Positions 9,351 through 19,584 of a stretch of 64,000 nucleotides of DNA are shown piece after piece; position 1 is the stretch's first letter, and each line of letters begins with the position of its first letter. This DNA comes from an uncultured Bacteriovoracaceae bacterium (lineage in GTDB: Bacteria > Bdellovibrionota > Bacteriovoracia > Bacteriovoracales > Bacteriovoracaceae). The stretch covers positions 25,159-89,158 of the forward strand of contig CAXGUD010000014.1 of assembly GCA_964012805.1 (NCBI GenBank), given 5' to 3'. A model generated the notes under the pieces. It saw only the letters and a list, made by a program, of their open reading frames with translations. It had not been told where the DNA came from and ran no database searches. Position numbers and translations under genes: made by a program.

Positions 9351-9761
9351 ATGGGCGAAGAAGTCAGAAAAGACCTCAAAATCTTAATTGTAGACGACAT
9401 GGTTACAATGAGAAGGATTCTAAAAAAACACCTGATTTCTTTGGGCTTTACCAATTTTAATGAAGCCCATGACGGGCAAAAGGCACTTAACCTTATAAAA
9501 ACGGGGATTGAACTAGGTGTTAACTTTGATCTTATTATATCCGACTGGAATATGCCTGGCATGACAGGCCTAGATCTTCTTAAAGAAATAAGGTCTATGG
9601 AAAATGAAATAAAAGACGTACCGTTTCTTATGATTACAAATGAAACAAAGCAAGGAAATGTTGTGTTGGCGGTTCAAGCTGGCGTCAATGGTTATATTGG
9701 AAAACCGTTTTCTGCACACATTTTATACGATAAAATTAAAAAGCTATGCGAAAATAATTGA
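9351..9761 (+). CDS. cheY: CheY-like receiver
   Basis: ILIVDDMVTMRRI, ISDWNMPGMTG, PFLMIT, AGVNGYIGKPF: the classical CheY signature. Confidence 0.8.
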   Translation: MGEEVRKDLKILIVDDMVTMRRILKKHLISLGFTNFNEAHDGQKALNLIKTGIELGVNFDLIISDWNMPGMTGLDLLKEIRSMENEIKDVPFLMITNETKQGNVVLAVQAGVNGYIGKPFSAHILYDKIKKLCENN

Positions 9762-9952
9762 CCTCTTTGACTAACCGAACAATTCTATTTCACTATTGAA
9801 GTTATAAAGAATCTTTTAGATCACTGCAATTAAAACTAAAAAACCTGAGCCTTTCACCCTTTTTAACTTGATTATATCAAATGAGCAGAGGTACTTTTAG
9901 TTAGATTTAACTAATTTAATTAAAAATGAACTGTTTCTTAGGGGGAATTTCC

Positions 9953-11578
9953 ATGAACGATTATCCAGACATTGGTCTCAACATTAAAGAAAAAGGAATA
10001 AATACCTTTTTAAACTCGGACAATAAAACTTTAATAAATAAAGCAGTTGAGCTAGGTCATGGGATTTTAAGTAAAACAGGTTCTTTAGTTGTCGAAACCG
10101 GTTTTTTTACCGGTCGGGCAGCAAAAGACAAGTACGTTGTTAAAAATAAAGAAACAGAGCATACGATATGGTGGGAAAACTCCCTTAATGAAATGTCAGA
10201 GGAAACCTTTGAATCTTTAAAAATTAAAGCTATCGATTATTTAAACAAGCAAGAAAACCTTTTTATTACCGAGAGAAGTGTTGGAGCACACACCACCCAC
10301 AATATTGGGGCCCGTCTCATCTCAAATAGACCATCTGCTGCCCTTTTTTCAAATCACCTTTTTAGAGAGAAAATGAGAGAGTTTGATCAAAGGGACTTCA
10401 CAATCCTCCACGTTCCTGGTCTTGAAATCGATCCAGAAGACTATTCAGACCTCCGCTCAAAAACGGTTATTACAACATGCTTTGAAAAGAAAATCACTAT
10501 TATCATGGGAACCTACTACGCGGGCGAAATTAAAAAATCTATGTTTTCAGTTTTAAACTATTTACTGCCTGACCAAGGAATTCTCCCAATGCATGCGGGG
10601 GCGAATGAAGGCGAAAAAGAAGGTCCCTCAGTTTTCTTCGGCCTATCCGGAACAGGAAAAACAACACTTTCAACAGATGAAGGAAGACTTCTTATCGGAG
10701 ATGATGAACACGCACTCCATGATGAAGGACTTTTCAACTTTGAAGGTGGTTGCTATGCCAAAACTTTTAAACTTTCTAAAGAAGCGGAGCCAGGAATCTG
10801 GGAAGCATCAAACCGCTTCGGAAATATGCTGGAAAATGTTGTCATAGATAAGAAAACACTGGAGGTTGACTTTGACGATAAAAGCCTTTCAGAAAATGGT
10901 CGGTCGAGCTACCCGTTAAGCTTTATTGAAGGAATAAAGCCTTCATCTCAAGGCCCTCTACCGAAACAAATTTTCTTCCTTTGCGCTGATGCCTTCGGTG
11001 TATTACCACCTGTTTCCAAGCTGACAAAAGAGCAGGCCATGTTCTATTTTGTATTGGGCTATACCGCGAAAGTTGCAGGTACCGAAATTGGAGTCAAAGA
11101 GCCAACCGCAACCTTTTCTCCATGTTTCGGGGCTCCTTTTATGCTTAGGCACCCAAGTGTATATGCTGAGTTACTTGGCAAGTTTATTGAAAAGCACAAC
11201 ATTCAGGTTTGGTTAGTCAACACAGGTTGGACTGGTGGTGTTTACGGAGTTGGTGAAAGGTTTCCAATAAAAGTCACTCGTCAGATCATTAGGGCCATCC
11301 AGAAAGATAATCTTAAAAACACTCCTATGGTTGAGGAAGATATTTTTGGACTCCAAATTCCAAAAAGTTTAAGTGGAGTTCCAGAAAGCCTTCTTAACCC
11401 AAGGAATGTTTGGGAAAACAAGTCTGATTATGATGAAAAAGCAAAAGAACTTGCACTTTCTTTTCACAAAAAAATGAAAAAATTTCCTTCTTTTTATCAA
11501 TCATATAAGGTGGGCTCTCCTACCTATAGAGGAAAAACAGCCTCTTATAGATTCCCTGAAAAAACAACAAGCCCATAA
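9953..11578 (+). CDS. pckA: Phosphoenolpyruvate carboxykinase (ATP)
   Basis: YAGEIKKS, FFGLSGTGKTTLS, LIGDDEH, FNFEGGCYAK, FSPCFGAPF. Confidence 0.97.
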   Translation: MNDYPDIGLNIKEKGINTFLNSDNKTLINKAVELGHGILSKTGSLVVETGFFTGRAAKDKYVVKNKETEHTIWWENSLNEMSEETFESLKIKAIDYLNKQENLFITERSVGAHTTHNIGARLISNRPSAALFSNHLFREKMREFDQRDFTILHVPGLEIDPEDYSDLRSKTVITTCFEKKITIIMGTYYAGEIKKSMFSVLNYLLPDQGILPMHAGANEGEKEGPSVFFGLSGTGKTTLSTDEGRLLIGDDEHALHDEGLFNFEGGCYAKTFKLSKEAEPGIWEASNRFGNMLENVVIDKKTLEVDFDDKSLSENGRSSYPLSFIEGIKPSSQGPLPKQIFFLCADAFGVLPPVSKLTKEQAMFYFVLGYTAKVAGTEIGVKEPTATFSPCFGAPFMLRHPSVYAELLGKFIEKHNIQVWLVNTGWTGGVYGVGERFPIKVTRQIIRAIQKDNLKNTPMVEEDIFGLQIPKSLSGVPESLLNPRNVWENKSDYDEKAKELALSFHKKMKKFPSFYQSYKVGSPTYRGKTASYRFPEKTTSP

Positions 11579-11591
11579 TATTTTGACAAGT

Positions 11592-11633
11592 TTGAAGAGA
11601 GGAACCTTTTACGTTTTTGGTTCCTTTCTTCAA
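11592..11633 (+). terminator. Hairpin downstream of pckA
   Basis: TTGAAGAGAGGAACC...GGTTCCTTTCTTCAA 15-bp stem with one G-U pair. Confidence 0.55.
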
Positions 11634-11665
11634 TAGAATTTAGGTCAATAAAAAAGGGCCCAACT

Positions 11666-12511
11666 TTGATCGTTTATCTTTGTAGGCAAAAAAGAAAATT
11701 CTTCACACCTCTTTTCATACTTTTTTTTAACTTTTCTTTTCCACACGAAAAAGCACTCGCACTCGAAAAAAGCAGGTTAAAAGATCCGCAAAAAATTCTT
11801 TTGGAATTATTCAAAGGTAAGCCAATACATAGGCGTTTTTCAAATTTTATAAAAATAAAAAAACAAGTGCCCTTTCAACTACAAAAACTCGCCAAAGGGA
11901 TGATAACAAAAGATGCTTTTAAAAACCTGACAAAAAACTATAATGATCAAGTTCCAGAAATCATATTGAATTGGGGAAGTGGAAGTCCGAAGGCAAGGTT
12001 TTTTAAAAACCAAGAGGTCACAGATTTTTTTTCAAACCTCTTTTATAAAATAATTGACATCAGTAAACACAATCAACTCTCAATAAGCTTAAATACCACA
12101 GACCTTTTCCATGGACACCTAGTTTATCTTAATCAAAAAAGAGGTGACCTTATTATTGTTTTTCATGCACAAGAATATCCCCATGAATTACCCTTTACCC
12201 GCAGTAAATCCATAGAAGCCGTCGTAACTTATAAATCAATCCTCAAAGGAAAAAAATTTGGATATAAGACAGTTTCTTTTAAAAGAAGAAACTTTATCTG
12301 GAGTTTAAAAGAAAATAAATTATTTAACCTCAATACAGATGACAAGGGACCTTTCTTTTCTTTAATTTTTCCTAAAGGCTGGATCGAAAATAAGGAACTT
12401 AAAAGACTGGCCCTCCTTGGAAACTCAGTTCAAGACAACCTATTAGGAAATGGTCTGGGCAGTCTTAACTTCTTTCCAGATCAGAAAATTCCACTCTACT
12501 GGTCACCCTAA
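11666..12511 (+). CDS. Hypothetical, probably secreted basic protein
   Basis: 281-aa ORF with a signal-peptide-like N-terminus; no known motif. Confidence 0.6.
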   Translation: MIVYLCRQKRKFFTPLFILFFNFSFPHEKALALEKSRLKDPQKILLELFKGKPIHRRFSNFIKIKKQVPFQLQKLAKGMITKDAFKNLTKNYNDQVPEIILNWGSGSPKARFFKNQEVTDFFSNLFYKIIDISKHNQLSISLNTTDLFHGHLVYLNQKRGDLIIVFHAQEYPHELPFTRSKSIEAVVTYKSILKGKKFGYKTVSFKRRNFIWSLKENKLFNLNTDDKGPFFSLIFPKGWIENKELKRLALLGNSVQDNLLGNGLGSLNFFPDQKIPLYWSP

Positions 12512-12583
12512 TAGATATTTGGCGATTAGAAATAAAAAACTATAAAATATCAATTGGAAGTAAAACCAAAAGGAAATTAGATT

Positions 12584-12955
12584 ATGCAAATTTTATTTGT
12601 TGATGATTCTGAGCCCATCATTATAGAAATGAAAAGAATTCTAGAAGAAACAAATCATGAAATGGTTGTAGCAAGGGATGGAGGACAAGGTCTTGCCGAG
12701 TTGGCAATCAAAAATTTTGACATTGTCATTGCGGACCTTAATCTTCCTCGCATGGACGGACTCACTATGATTGAGTTTTACCTTAAGTTAAAAGAAGAAA
12801 AGATTCCTAAAATAATGTTAACTACCGAAATCACTGCTGACTTGAGAGAAAGGGGAGAAAGAATAGGAGTCGACGCGTGGATGCAAAAGCCACTCAAAAA
12901 AGAGGTCATTTTAAAGCTTCTTAGCGATATAGAAAATAGAAAAAAAGTAACCTAA
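12584..12955 (+). CDS. Stand-alone receiver (TTE/W-x2-KP subtype)
   Basis: ILFVDDS, ADLNLPRMDG, MLTTE, AWMQKP. Confidence 0.88.
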   Translation: MQILFVDDSEPIIIEMKRILEETNHEMVVARDGGQGLAELAIKNFDIVIADLNLPRMDGLTMIEFYLKLKEEKIPKIMLTTEITADLRERGERIGVDAWMQKPLKKEVILKLLSDIENRKKVT

Positions 12956-12984
12956 GGCCTATTAAGAGGCCCTAGGAGTTAATC

Positions 12985-13887
12985 CTAATAATGCCAAGGA
13001 TAAGAAGAAAAGTCTCTTTCCCTCTTCTCAACAAATGAGTTACGCCCCTCTTCGGCTTCAGGGGTTCCGTAAGCTAATCTTGTGGCTTCACCAGCAAACA
13101 GCTGCTGACCTACCAATCCATCATCAGTTAAGTTAAAACCATACTTCAGCATCCTCATCGCCGTAGGGCTCTTTGAATTTATTTCCTTTGCCCACTCTAA
13201 GGCTTCCTCTTCTAGCTCTTCATGAGGGACAACCTTATTGACCATTCCCATTTCGAAAGCTTCTTTTGCTGAATAATTTCTTCCAAGAAAAAAAATTTCA
13301 CGGGCCCTTTTTTGCCCGACCATTTTCGCCAAATAAGCTGATCCATATCCACTATCAAAGCTTGCAACATCTGGATCTGTCTGTTTAAAAATAGCATGCT
13401 CACGACTGGCCAGGGTCAAATCACAAACTACATGAAGGCTATGCCCACCTCCAACGGCCCACCCAGGAACAACACATATAACAACTTTAGGCATAAACCT
13501 TATAAGTCTCTGAACTTCCAAAATATGAAGGCGACCTAGCCTTGCTTTATCAACATTTCTACCATCTGCGTTACTTCCTTGGTACTTATAGCCATCCTTA
13601 CCTCGTATTCGTTGGTCACCGCCCGAGCAAAACGACCAACCAGAATCTTTTGGAGAAGGACCATTTCCTGTCAATAAAACACATCCAACATCACTTTGAC
13701 ACCTAGCGTGCTCTAAAGCAGTATAAAGCTCGTCAACGGTCTGTGGTCTAAAAGCATTTCTTACCTCCGGCCTATCTATAGCCACACGCACCGTCCCCTG
13801 ATCAACTGCCTTATGATAAGTGATATCTTGAAAACTGAAACCCTCTACAAGCTTCCATTTTTCAGGTTTGAAAATTGCTGAAACCAC
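12985..13887 (-). CDS. menB: 1,4-dihydroxy-2-naphthoyl-CoA synthase
   Basis: RPEVRNAFRP, FCSGGDQ, GGGHSLHVVCDL, QTDPDVASFD, AGEATRLAY. Confidence 0.96.
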   Translation of the reverse strand: MVSAIFKPEKWKLVEGFSFQDITYHKAVDQGTVRVAIDRPEVRNAFRPQTVDELYTALEHARCQSDVGCVLLTGNGPSPKDSGWSFCSGGDQRIRGKDGYKYQGSNADGRNVDKARLGRLHILEVQRLIRFMPKVVICVVPGWAVGGGHSLHVVCDLTLASREHAIFKQTDPDVASFDSGYGSAYLAKMVGQKRAREIFFLGRNYSAKEAFEMGMVNKVVPHEELEEEALEWAKEINSKSPTAMRMLKYGFNLTDDGLVGQQLFAGEATRLAYGTPEAEEGRNSFVEKRERDFSSYPWHY

Positions 13888-13971
13888 ATCTTTCTCCTTT
13901 GTCCAAACAATTCATTTTTCTTATGATGGCTTTCCAGTCGTGTCAATAATACTTTTTAAGACATTATTTCT

Positions 13972-14310
13972 TCAAACATACATTTCTACATCTGAGCTCC
14001 ACTTAAAATGGTCAACATTTTGTGTCGTCACTTCATAGTCCTCTAAAGACCGTTCTTCTTTGCTTTGAATAATCTTGTCTACTGTCGCATGCCAAGAGTT
14101 AATTACCTTTTTCTGCTCTAGAAAATTAATATAATCCTCTACCAGGTTCTCTTCTCCCTTTAACATGCAAAGAACCTTTCCTTTATTTTCTGGATCATTA
14201 GTGGCCCCACCAGACAAACGCCTTTTAATGGCCCCCCTGATAAAAGTCTGGCGGAACATAACGTTTTGAACTTTTCCATGAACCTCAAAAAATTTGGAAA
14301 CCAAACCCAT
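13972..14310 (-). CDS. Acylphosphatase-family protein
   Basis: VHGKVQNVMFR plus conserved Asn (GATND); SD GAGGAA before ATG 14310. Confidence 0.75.
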   Translation of the reverse strand: MGLVSKFFEVHGKVQNVMFRQTFIRGAIKRRLSGGATNDPENKGKVLCMLKGEENLVEDYINFLEQKKVINSWHATVDKIIQSKEERSLEDYEVTTQNVDHFKWSSDVEMYV

Positions 14311-14417
14311 AGAACTTCCTCTCTTTTTTTTGAAAAACTTTGATAAAGTCATTATCATGATAATGATCTTTTTTGTTATGACCTTTTATCATTTCAAAGA
14401 GCAAGGGACAAACCTGT

Positions 14418-15152
14418 ATGATTTTAACGCCTATCCAAAGCCCCCTCCCCTTAAAAAAAGCTTCTCACTATTTTTGTGTCAACCTTAATTGGCAAGACTT
14501 GGATGAAAGCTTTTTTACATCAAAGGGTATTTTTCTTCCGCAAAATATGAAAGAGGATGTCCCTAAGAAGAAGGCGCACTTTTTAGGAGGGCGCTACTGT
14601 GCTCATCAAGCTTTATCTTTGATGAAAAACAATAGTTCAGAGATTTGTAGTGCTAATGAAAAAGAACAAGCTGAACTTATTCCTATTAAAAAAAATGAGC
14701 AAGGAGCACCTATTTGGCCAGAGGGAGTTATAGGCTCAATTACACATACGGAAAACTTTATCGGCGCTGTTGTTGAAAGTTCTGACAACCTTAGAGGCAT
14801 TGGAATAGATACAGAAAAAATTCTTGGCCCCCAAAGTGTAGTCATGGTTGAATCTCTTGTTGCAACCGATGAAGAAAAAAGGAAAAGTCTTTCATTTGAC
14901 CCTTTTGAGTATTTCACTCTTATTTACTCAGCTAAAGAAAGTATTTTTAAATGCCTTAACCCTATTATCCAAAAGTATATAGAATTTCATGACGTTACCA
15001 TTGAGACAGTATCATTCGACTCCAAAGTATTTACCTTTAGACTCTTAAAGGACCTAAATGAAGAGTTTAAAGAGGGAATGTCTTTTGAAGGATCTTTCCA
15101 TATAAACCAAGACCAAGAGAAGCTTCATACGGCTTTTGAACTTTATCATTAA
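14418..15152 (+). CDS. 4'-phosphopantetheinyl transferase, EntD/Sfp type
   Basis: FLGGRYCA, GAPIWPEGVIGSITH, GIGIDTE, YSAKESIFK. Confidence 0.92.
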   Translation: MILTPIQSPLPLKKASHYFCVNLNWQDLDESFFTSKGIFLPQNMKEDVPKKKAHFLGGRYCAHQALSLMKNNSSEICSANEKEQAELIPIKKNEQGAPIWPEGVIGSITHTENFIGAVVESSDNLRGIGIDTEKILGPQSVVMVESLVATDEEKRKSLSFDPFEYFTLIYSAKESIFKCLNPIIQKYIEFHDVTIETVSFDSKVFTFRLLKDLNEEFKEGMSFEGSFHINQDQEKLHTAFELYH

Positions 15153-15192
15153 GGCCTTAATAAGATTGAAGCTTCTCCAATATAGATCTCTT

Positions 15193-18100
15193 TTAGCTCT
15201 TTGAGAGGTTGTGATGCTCCTTTATTTTTTCACAAATGGCGTCCGTTTCCATTGAAGTTAATTCAGAAGGCTCAATCACATTTGGAAAAACTTTTGGAAG
15301 CTCTTTAATATGTTCAAATAAAAGAAGGTTTTTATTAGCACCAACCTCATCGATTTTCCTGACAGGAGTAAAATGTGGCACTGTTTGAAGGACCTCAGGG
15401 GCTTCATGAAGGATTTTATAAATACTTTTCACAATATCAAAAAACCTGTCCAGCTCTTTCTTCGTAAAGCTTTCCGTCGGCTCAACCATTAGCCCATAAA
15501 CCTCAGGAAAAGCAACTGTTGGAGCATGCATTCCGTAGTCCAAGAAAAGTTTTCCAACTTTAGCAATAGTCTGTGCCTTAGGCGTTCCCTTTTGTTCTAT
15601 TCTTTGAAAATCATCCTCACTCAAAGTAATGATAAATTCATGCATCCTAGGTACGCTTTCGCAGCCGCTAGGCAATGTGGGATAAACCTCTTTTAGCTTT
15701 TTGTATAAGTATTTTGCAGCAAGCACAGAAACCGCTGCCATCTTTCTTATACCTTCAGTTCCCAGAAGCTTCATATAAGTAAAGGCCCTTACCTTATGGG
15801 CAAAGTTTCCATAATGCCGGTGAAAGCTTCCAATAGAGTTCTTTGGTTTCTTTGTTGTAAAAAGGCCATCGACCTTATCAATTTGAACACCTGGAAGAAA
15901 ATCAAGAAGTTTTTCGCTAACTGCAACGATTGCATCTCCTGGGCCGCCGCCACCATGGGGAATCGTCCAAGTTTTATGAAGGTTATTATGGACTGCATCT
16001 ACTCCGAGAGCGTTAAGGTCAACCCAGCCAGCGATGGCATTCATATTGGCGCCATCCATATAGACAAGGCCACCAACCTCATGAATCTTATCTGCCATTT
16101 CTTTAAAATTTGTTTCAAAAATTCCCGCTGTATTGGGGTTTGTCACCATGATCCCAGCAATTCTTTTCCCATATTTCTCAATCATGGAATAAAATTGTTC
16201 CAGGTCTATTTCACCTTTATCATCTGAGTCAATCGTTACGATCCCACATTGAACTCCGTCTTTAATTTTTGTTTCAAAACCTGCCATAGAAGCAGTTGCT
16301 GGATTTGTCCCATGAGCACTTCTAGGAATAAGGATGACGTCTCTTGTCTCACCTTCTCCATTTGAGCGGTGGTAAGCTTGAAACATCTTAATTCCAACTA
16401 ACTCTCCTTGGGCTCCAGCAACAGGTTGAGTTGTTACCCCGGGAAGACCTGTTACTTTTTTAAACATCTCTTGAATCTCATAGAGGACCTCAAGACTTCC
16501 TTGAGACTCACTAAGAGGAACTTGGGGGTGCAAATCTGTAAAGCCAGGTAAAGAAGCTGCATAATCATTGATATAAGGATTGTATTTCATAGTGCATGAC
16601 CCTAAAGGGTAAATGCTGTCATCGGGACTTACATTTTGATTTCCAAGGTCAGTGTAAAATTTTTTCAAATCCTCTAGAGAAAATTGAGGAAGCCCTACTT
16701 CTCCACTCCTCAGAAGATCAGAAGGTATTTCAGGAATTTTAAAAGAAGCATCACCCTTTTTTTCGCTTGGAAATTCTTCAACAAAAAAAGCTTCAAGAGA
16801 TTCTAGGTGAGAGTCTTCATGAATATCTGAAAAGGATAATAAAATTAATTGACGTTGATTATTGATCTGCGGAGTGAGATTCACTCCTAAATCTATTCCC
16901 TTATTTTTAGCGCTTTCAAGAAGTTTAGCGGCTTCAACATTAACCTCAAGAGCAACTTCATTGAAAAAAGGTGTCTCAGGATAAGCTAGAGAAACGCCTT
17001 CTCTCTTTAAAAGGCGGGGTATTATTTGAAGTGCATTTTGCCTTCCTTTTTGACAAGACTCTTTCATTCCCTCTTCGCCTCTAGCAAGCATTCCGGCCCC
17101 TGCTAAAGTGGCGAGAAACGACTGATTTGAACAAATATTAGAGGTCGCTTTCTCACGCCTTATATGTTGCTCCCGAGTCGAAAGGACCATAGCTAAACAC
17201 TCTTTGCCTTCAACATCTTTGGTCTTTCCTACATAGCGACCAGGAGTCGACCGAATACCATTTTTATTTTTTGAATTGTACCTTACTCCAAAAATACCTA
17301 AACCTGGCCCTCCATAGTTTGGACCAATGGCCAAATGCTGACCTTCTCCGACAATAATATCGACTCCCTGGCCTTCAGAGCCAAATCTCGATGGGGGCTT
17401 TAAACCACCCGTGGCCAATAACATTGGGTCAAAAATAGCTACAGAGGGTACTTTTAAAGAGGCTGCAAGATCTGTAAGGACATCAACACTCTCTAAAAGC
17501 CCTAGAGAGTTTACTTGAGGAAAAATAATTCCTGCCAACAATTTATCGTTAGATAGACGTTCTGCTTTTCCCTTAAGATCTTCAATGGATGTTAGACCTG
17601 TTTTGTTATCAACTGGAACCCATTCCACCAGAACGCCCGTCTCCTTAATAAGAGTTTCCACAACTTCCTTATCTCCGGGAAAGATGCTTTCAGAAACAAG
17701 AACAGTCGTTCCTTTTCGGTGGAGCCTTAAACAGACGTTCAAAGACTCCGCCAAACAAGTGGACCTCTCATAAAGGGAGGCATTAATGGCTTCAAACCCG
17801 GTCAATTGACTTAAACAGGAGGAGTAAACCCAGAGCGTTTGCAATGTTCCCTGACTCCTTTCTGGCTGATAAGGCGTATATGCTGTTGTCAGACCTCTGA
17901 TAGAGCTCACGTAGGGAATAAGTTCATGAACTCTGTATTGGGCCAGCCCTTGACCTAAAAATGAAGTGTTGATCTTGTTATTATTTGCAAGTAACTCCAC
18001 TTGCTTCAACGCCTCTTCGTAGCTCAGACTACGACACACAGAATAAGTCGATTTGTCGAATTTAACTTCATCAGGAATATGGGAGAAAAGGTCTTCCAAT

Positions 18101-18225
18101 TTTGAAAGCCCAAGCTCACTTAACATCGCCCCTATTTCCTCATCATCCGCTGAGATAAAGTATGGTTTTAACTCCCTTTCTAGTTTTTCAGGATCATAAG
18201 GTAGCTTTTCAAACCGAGAGGTCAT
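15193..18225 (-). CDS. gcvP: Glycine dehydrogenase (glycine cleavage P protein), single chain of GcvPA+GcvPB type
   Basis: TAYTPYQPE.SQG.LQ, REQHIRREKATSNICSNQ, YPLGSCTMKYNP, PLP Lys in NLHKTWTIPHGGGGPG; SD AAGGA before ATG 18225. Confidence 0.95.
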   Translation of the reverse strand: MTSRFEKLPYDPEKLERELKPYFISADDEEIGAMLSELGLSKLEDLFSHIPDEVKFDKSTYSVCRSLSYEEALKQVELLANNNKINTSFLGQGLAQYRVHELIPYVSSIRGLTTAYTPYQPERSQGTLQTLWVYSSCLSQLTGFEAINASLYERSTCLAESLNVCLRLHRKGTTVLVSESIFPGDKEVVETLIKETGVLVEWVPVDNKTGLTSIEDLKGKAERLSNDKLLAGIIFPQVNSLGLLESVDVLTDLAASLKVPSVAIFDPMLLATGGLKPPSRFGSEGQGVDIIVGEGQHLAIGPNYGGPGLGIFGVRYNSKNKNGIRSTPGRYVGKTKDVEGKECLAMVLSTREQHIRREKATSNICSNQSFLATLAGAGMLARGEEGMKESCQKGRQNALQIIPRLLKREGVSLAYPETPFFNEVALEVNVEAAKLLESAKNKGIDLGVNLTPQINNQRQLILLSFSDIHEDSHLESLEAFFVEEFPSEKKGDASFKIPEIPSDLLRSGEVGLPQFSLEDLKKFYTDLGNQNVSPDDSIYPLGSCTMKYNPYINDYAASLPGFTDLHPQVPLSESQGSLEVLYEIQEMFKKVTGLPGVTTQPVAGAQGELVGIKMFQAYHRSNGEGETRDVILIPRSAHGTNPATASMAGFETKIKDGVQCGIVTIDSDDKGEIDLEQFYSMIEKYGKRIAGIMVTNPNTAGIFETNFKEMADKIHEVGGLVYMDGANMNAIAGWVDLNALGVDAVHNNLHKTWTIPHGGGGPGDAIVAVSEKLLDFLPGVQIDKVDGLFTTKKPKNSIGSFHRHYGNFAHKVRAFTYMKLLGTEGIRKMAAVSVLAAKYLYKKLKEVYPTLPSGCESVPRMHEFIITLSEDDFQRIEQKGTPKAQTIAKVGKLFLDYGMHAPTVAFPEVYGLMVEPTESFTKKELDRFFDIVKSIYKILHEAPEVLQTVPHFTPVRKIDEVGANKNLLLFEHIKELPKVFPNVIEPSELTSMETDAICEKIKEHHNLSKS

Positions 18226-18358
18226 AGACTGTTCCTTTTTCAAAGGTTATAAGGAGTTTTGTCCCTAATGGGTCATAAGTTACTTATTAAAAACTTATGT
18301 TATTCATTTTAAAACAATTAACTACCACGATTAACGGGCTGTATCTACAAGTTTTAAT

Positions 18359-19201
18359 ATGCTTTTAATTTCTAACCAAAATATTGAGCCAAGTCTAAAA
18401 AAATCTTTTACCGAAACTTTTTCCTTAAAAATTTCGGAAGACAAAGTACCAAGAAACTCACCTTACTTCACTTTCAGCGGTGATAAGCTCTCACTACACC
18501 TTAACAATATAATGGACTCAAGTGAAGAAAAGAAGCCTTCTAAGATGCCATCTCCCTCACCCCTTTCGTTTGACTTTATTGATACATGGAAAAGAATTAA
18601 ACCAGGCCCTAAAAACCAGAGAAAAAAAGACCCCCTTTTGAAGGCCCTAACCATTAAAAAAAATAACGATGAAGGCCCAATAAGGTTAATCGATGCCACT
18701 TGCGGCACGGGAAAAGACTCGTTATTTTTTATCAAACAAGGCATTAAAACCCTTGCCTACGAGAGGTCTCCCTACCTGGCCCCTCTTTTATGGGATGCAA
18801 AAAGAAGAGCATCGGCTGATCCAGAGCTAGGTCCGTTGATTCAAGACAACTTCCTTTTTTCTTTTTCTGATGCCGTAAAACACCAAGAATCTCTCAAATC
18901 CGAACCTCTTGCTTCCCTACCTAACTCTAGTAAATTTAAAACTCCTGATATCATTTTCCTAGACCCCATGTTTCCGCCTAAGAGAAAAAAGGCCTTACCA
19001 AAAAAAGAAATGGTTATCTTTTCGGAGCTTGTTGGCCCTGACCACGACCAAGAAACGCTTTTAAGATGGGCCTTAGACTTAAGGCCACAAAGAGTCATTG
19101 TTAAAAGACCTATTTGGGCCGACCCACCCGAAAACCTTGTCCCTGACACAAGTTATCAGGGAAAAACTGTAAAGTTTGATACTTACTTTCCCAATTTATA
19201 A
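18359..19201 (+). CDS. rsmJ: 16S rRNA m2G1516 methyltransferase RsmJ-like
   Basis: DATCGTGKDS, YERS, FLDPMFP, ALPKKEM, RVIVKRP, GKTVKFD. Confidence 0.85.
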   Translation: MLLISNQNIEPSLKKSFTETFSLKISEDKVPRNSPYFTFSGDKLSLHLNNIMDSSEEKKPSKMPSPSPLSFDFIDTWKRIKPGPKNQRKKDPLLKALTIKKNNDEGPIRLIDATCGTGKDSLFFIKQGIKTLAYERSPYLAPLLWDAKRRASADPELGPLIQDNFLFSFSDAVKHQESLKSEPLASLPNSSKFKTPDIIFLDPMFPPKRKKALPKKEMVIFSELVGPDHDQETLLRWALDLRPQRVIVKRPIWADPPENLVPDTSYQGKTVKFDTYFPNL

Positions 19202-19251
19202 AAGATAAAATATTGAAAGATCATTTACCAAATTCAATGGGCCTTCTTTTT

Positions 19252-19584
19252 TTAGCCATTTTTCCTTTTGGCCATCTTTAAAAACGATTTCATTTTCCTT
19301 TTTTCCCACCAACTTTCGTAAATAAAATGGGCCAGCTTAGGCACTTTCCAATCAAAGTTTTCAGATTCCGCAAGCTTAGCCTTAAGAGTTATGTTTAGGT
19401 TATCTAAACTCATATTTATATGGAAATGCTCGTTCGGTAAATTGTTACTTTCAAAATGAATTGTCGCTGCTTGAATGGAAATTACCGAAACAGTACAATC
19501 AACCAACTCATCAGGACTGTCCCAATAAAGAGTACAATGCCTGTCCAGAATAGCATACCCGTCCTTAGGTAAAGTGATTTCCAT
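19252..19584 (-). CDS. Hypothetical protein (possibly a degenerate PilZ-like beta barrel)
   Basis: 110-aa beta-rich ORF with SD TAAGGA; lacks RxxxR and DxSxxG. Confidence 0.55.
   Translation of the reverse strand: MEITLPKDGYAILDRHCTLYWDSPDELVDCTVSVISIQAATIHFESNNLPNEHFHINMSLDNLNITLKAKLAESENFDWKVPKLAHFIYESWWEKRKMKSFLKMAKRKNG

Noticed and set aside
18226..18358. Glycine riboswitch upstream of gcvP
   Set aside because: No GGAGA/CCGAAG/CTCTCAGG aptamer elements, and the region is too short for a tandem aptamer.
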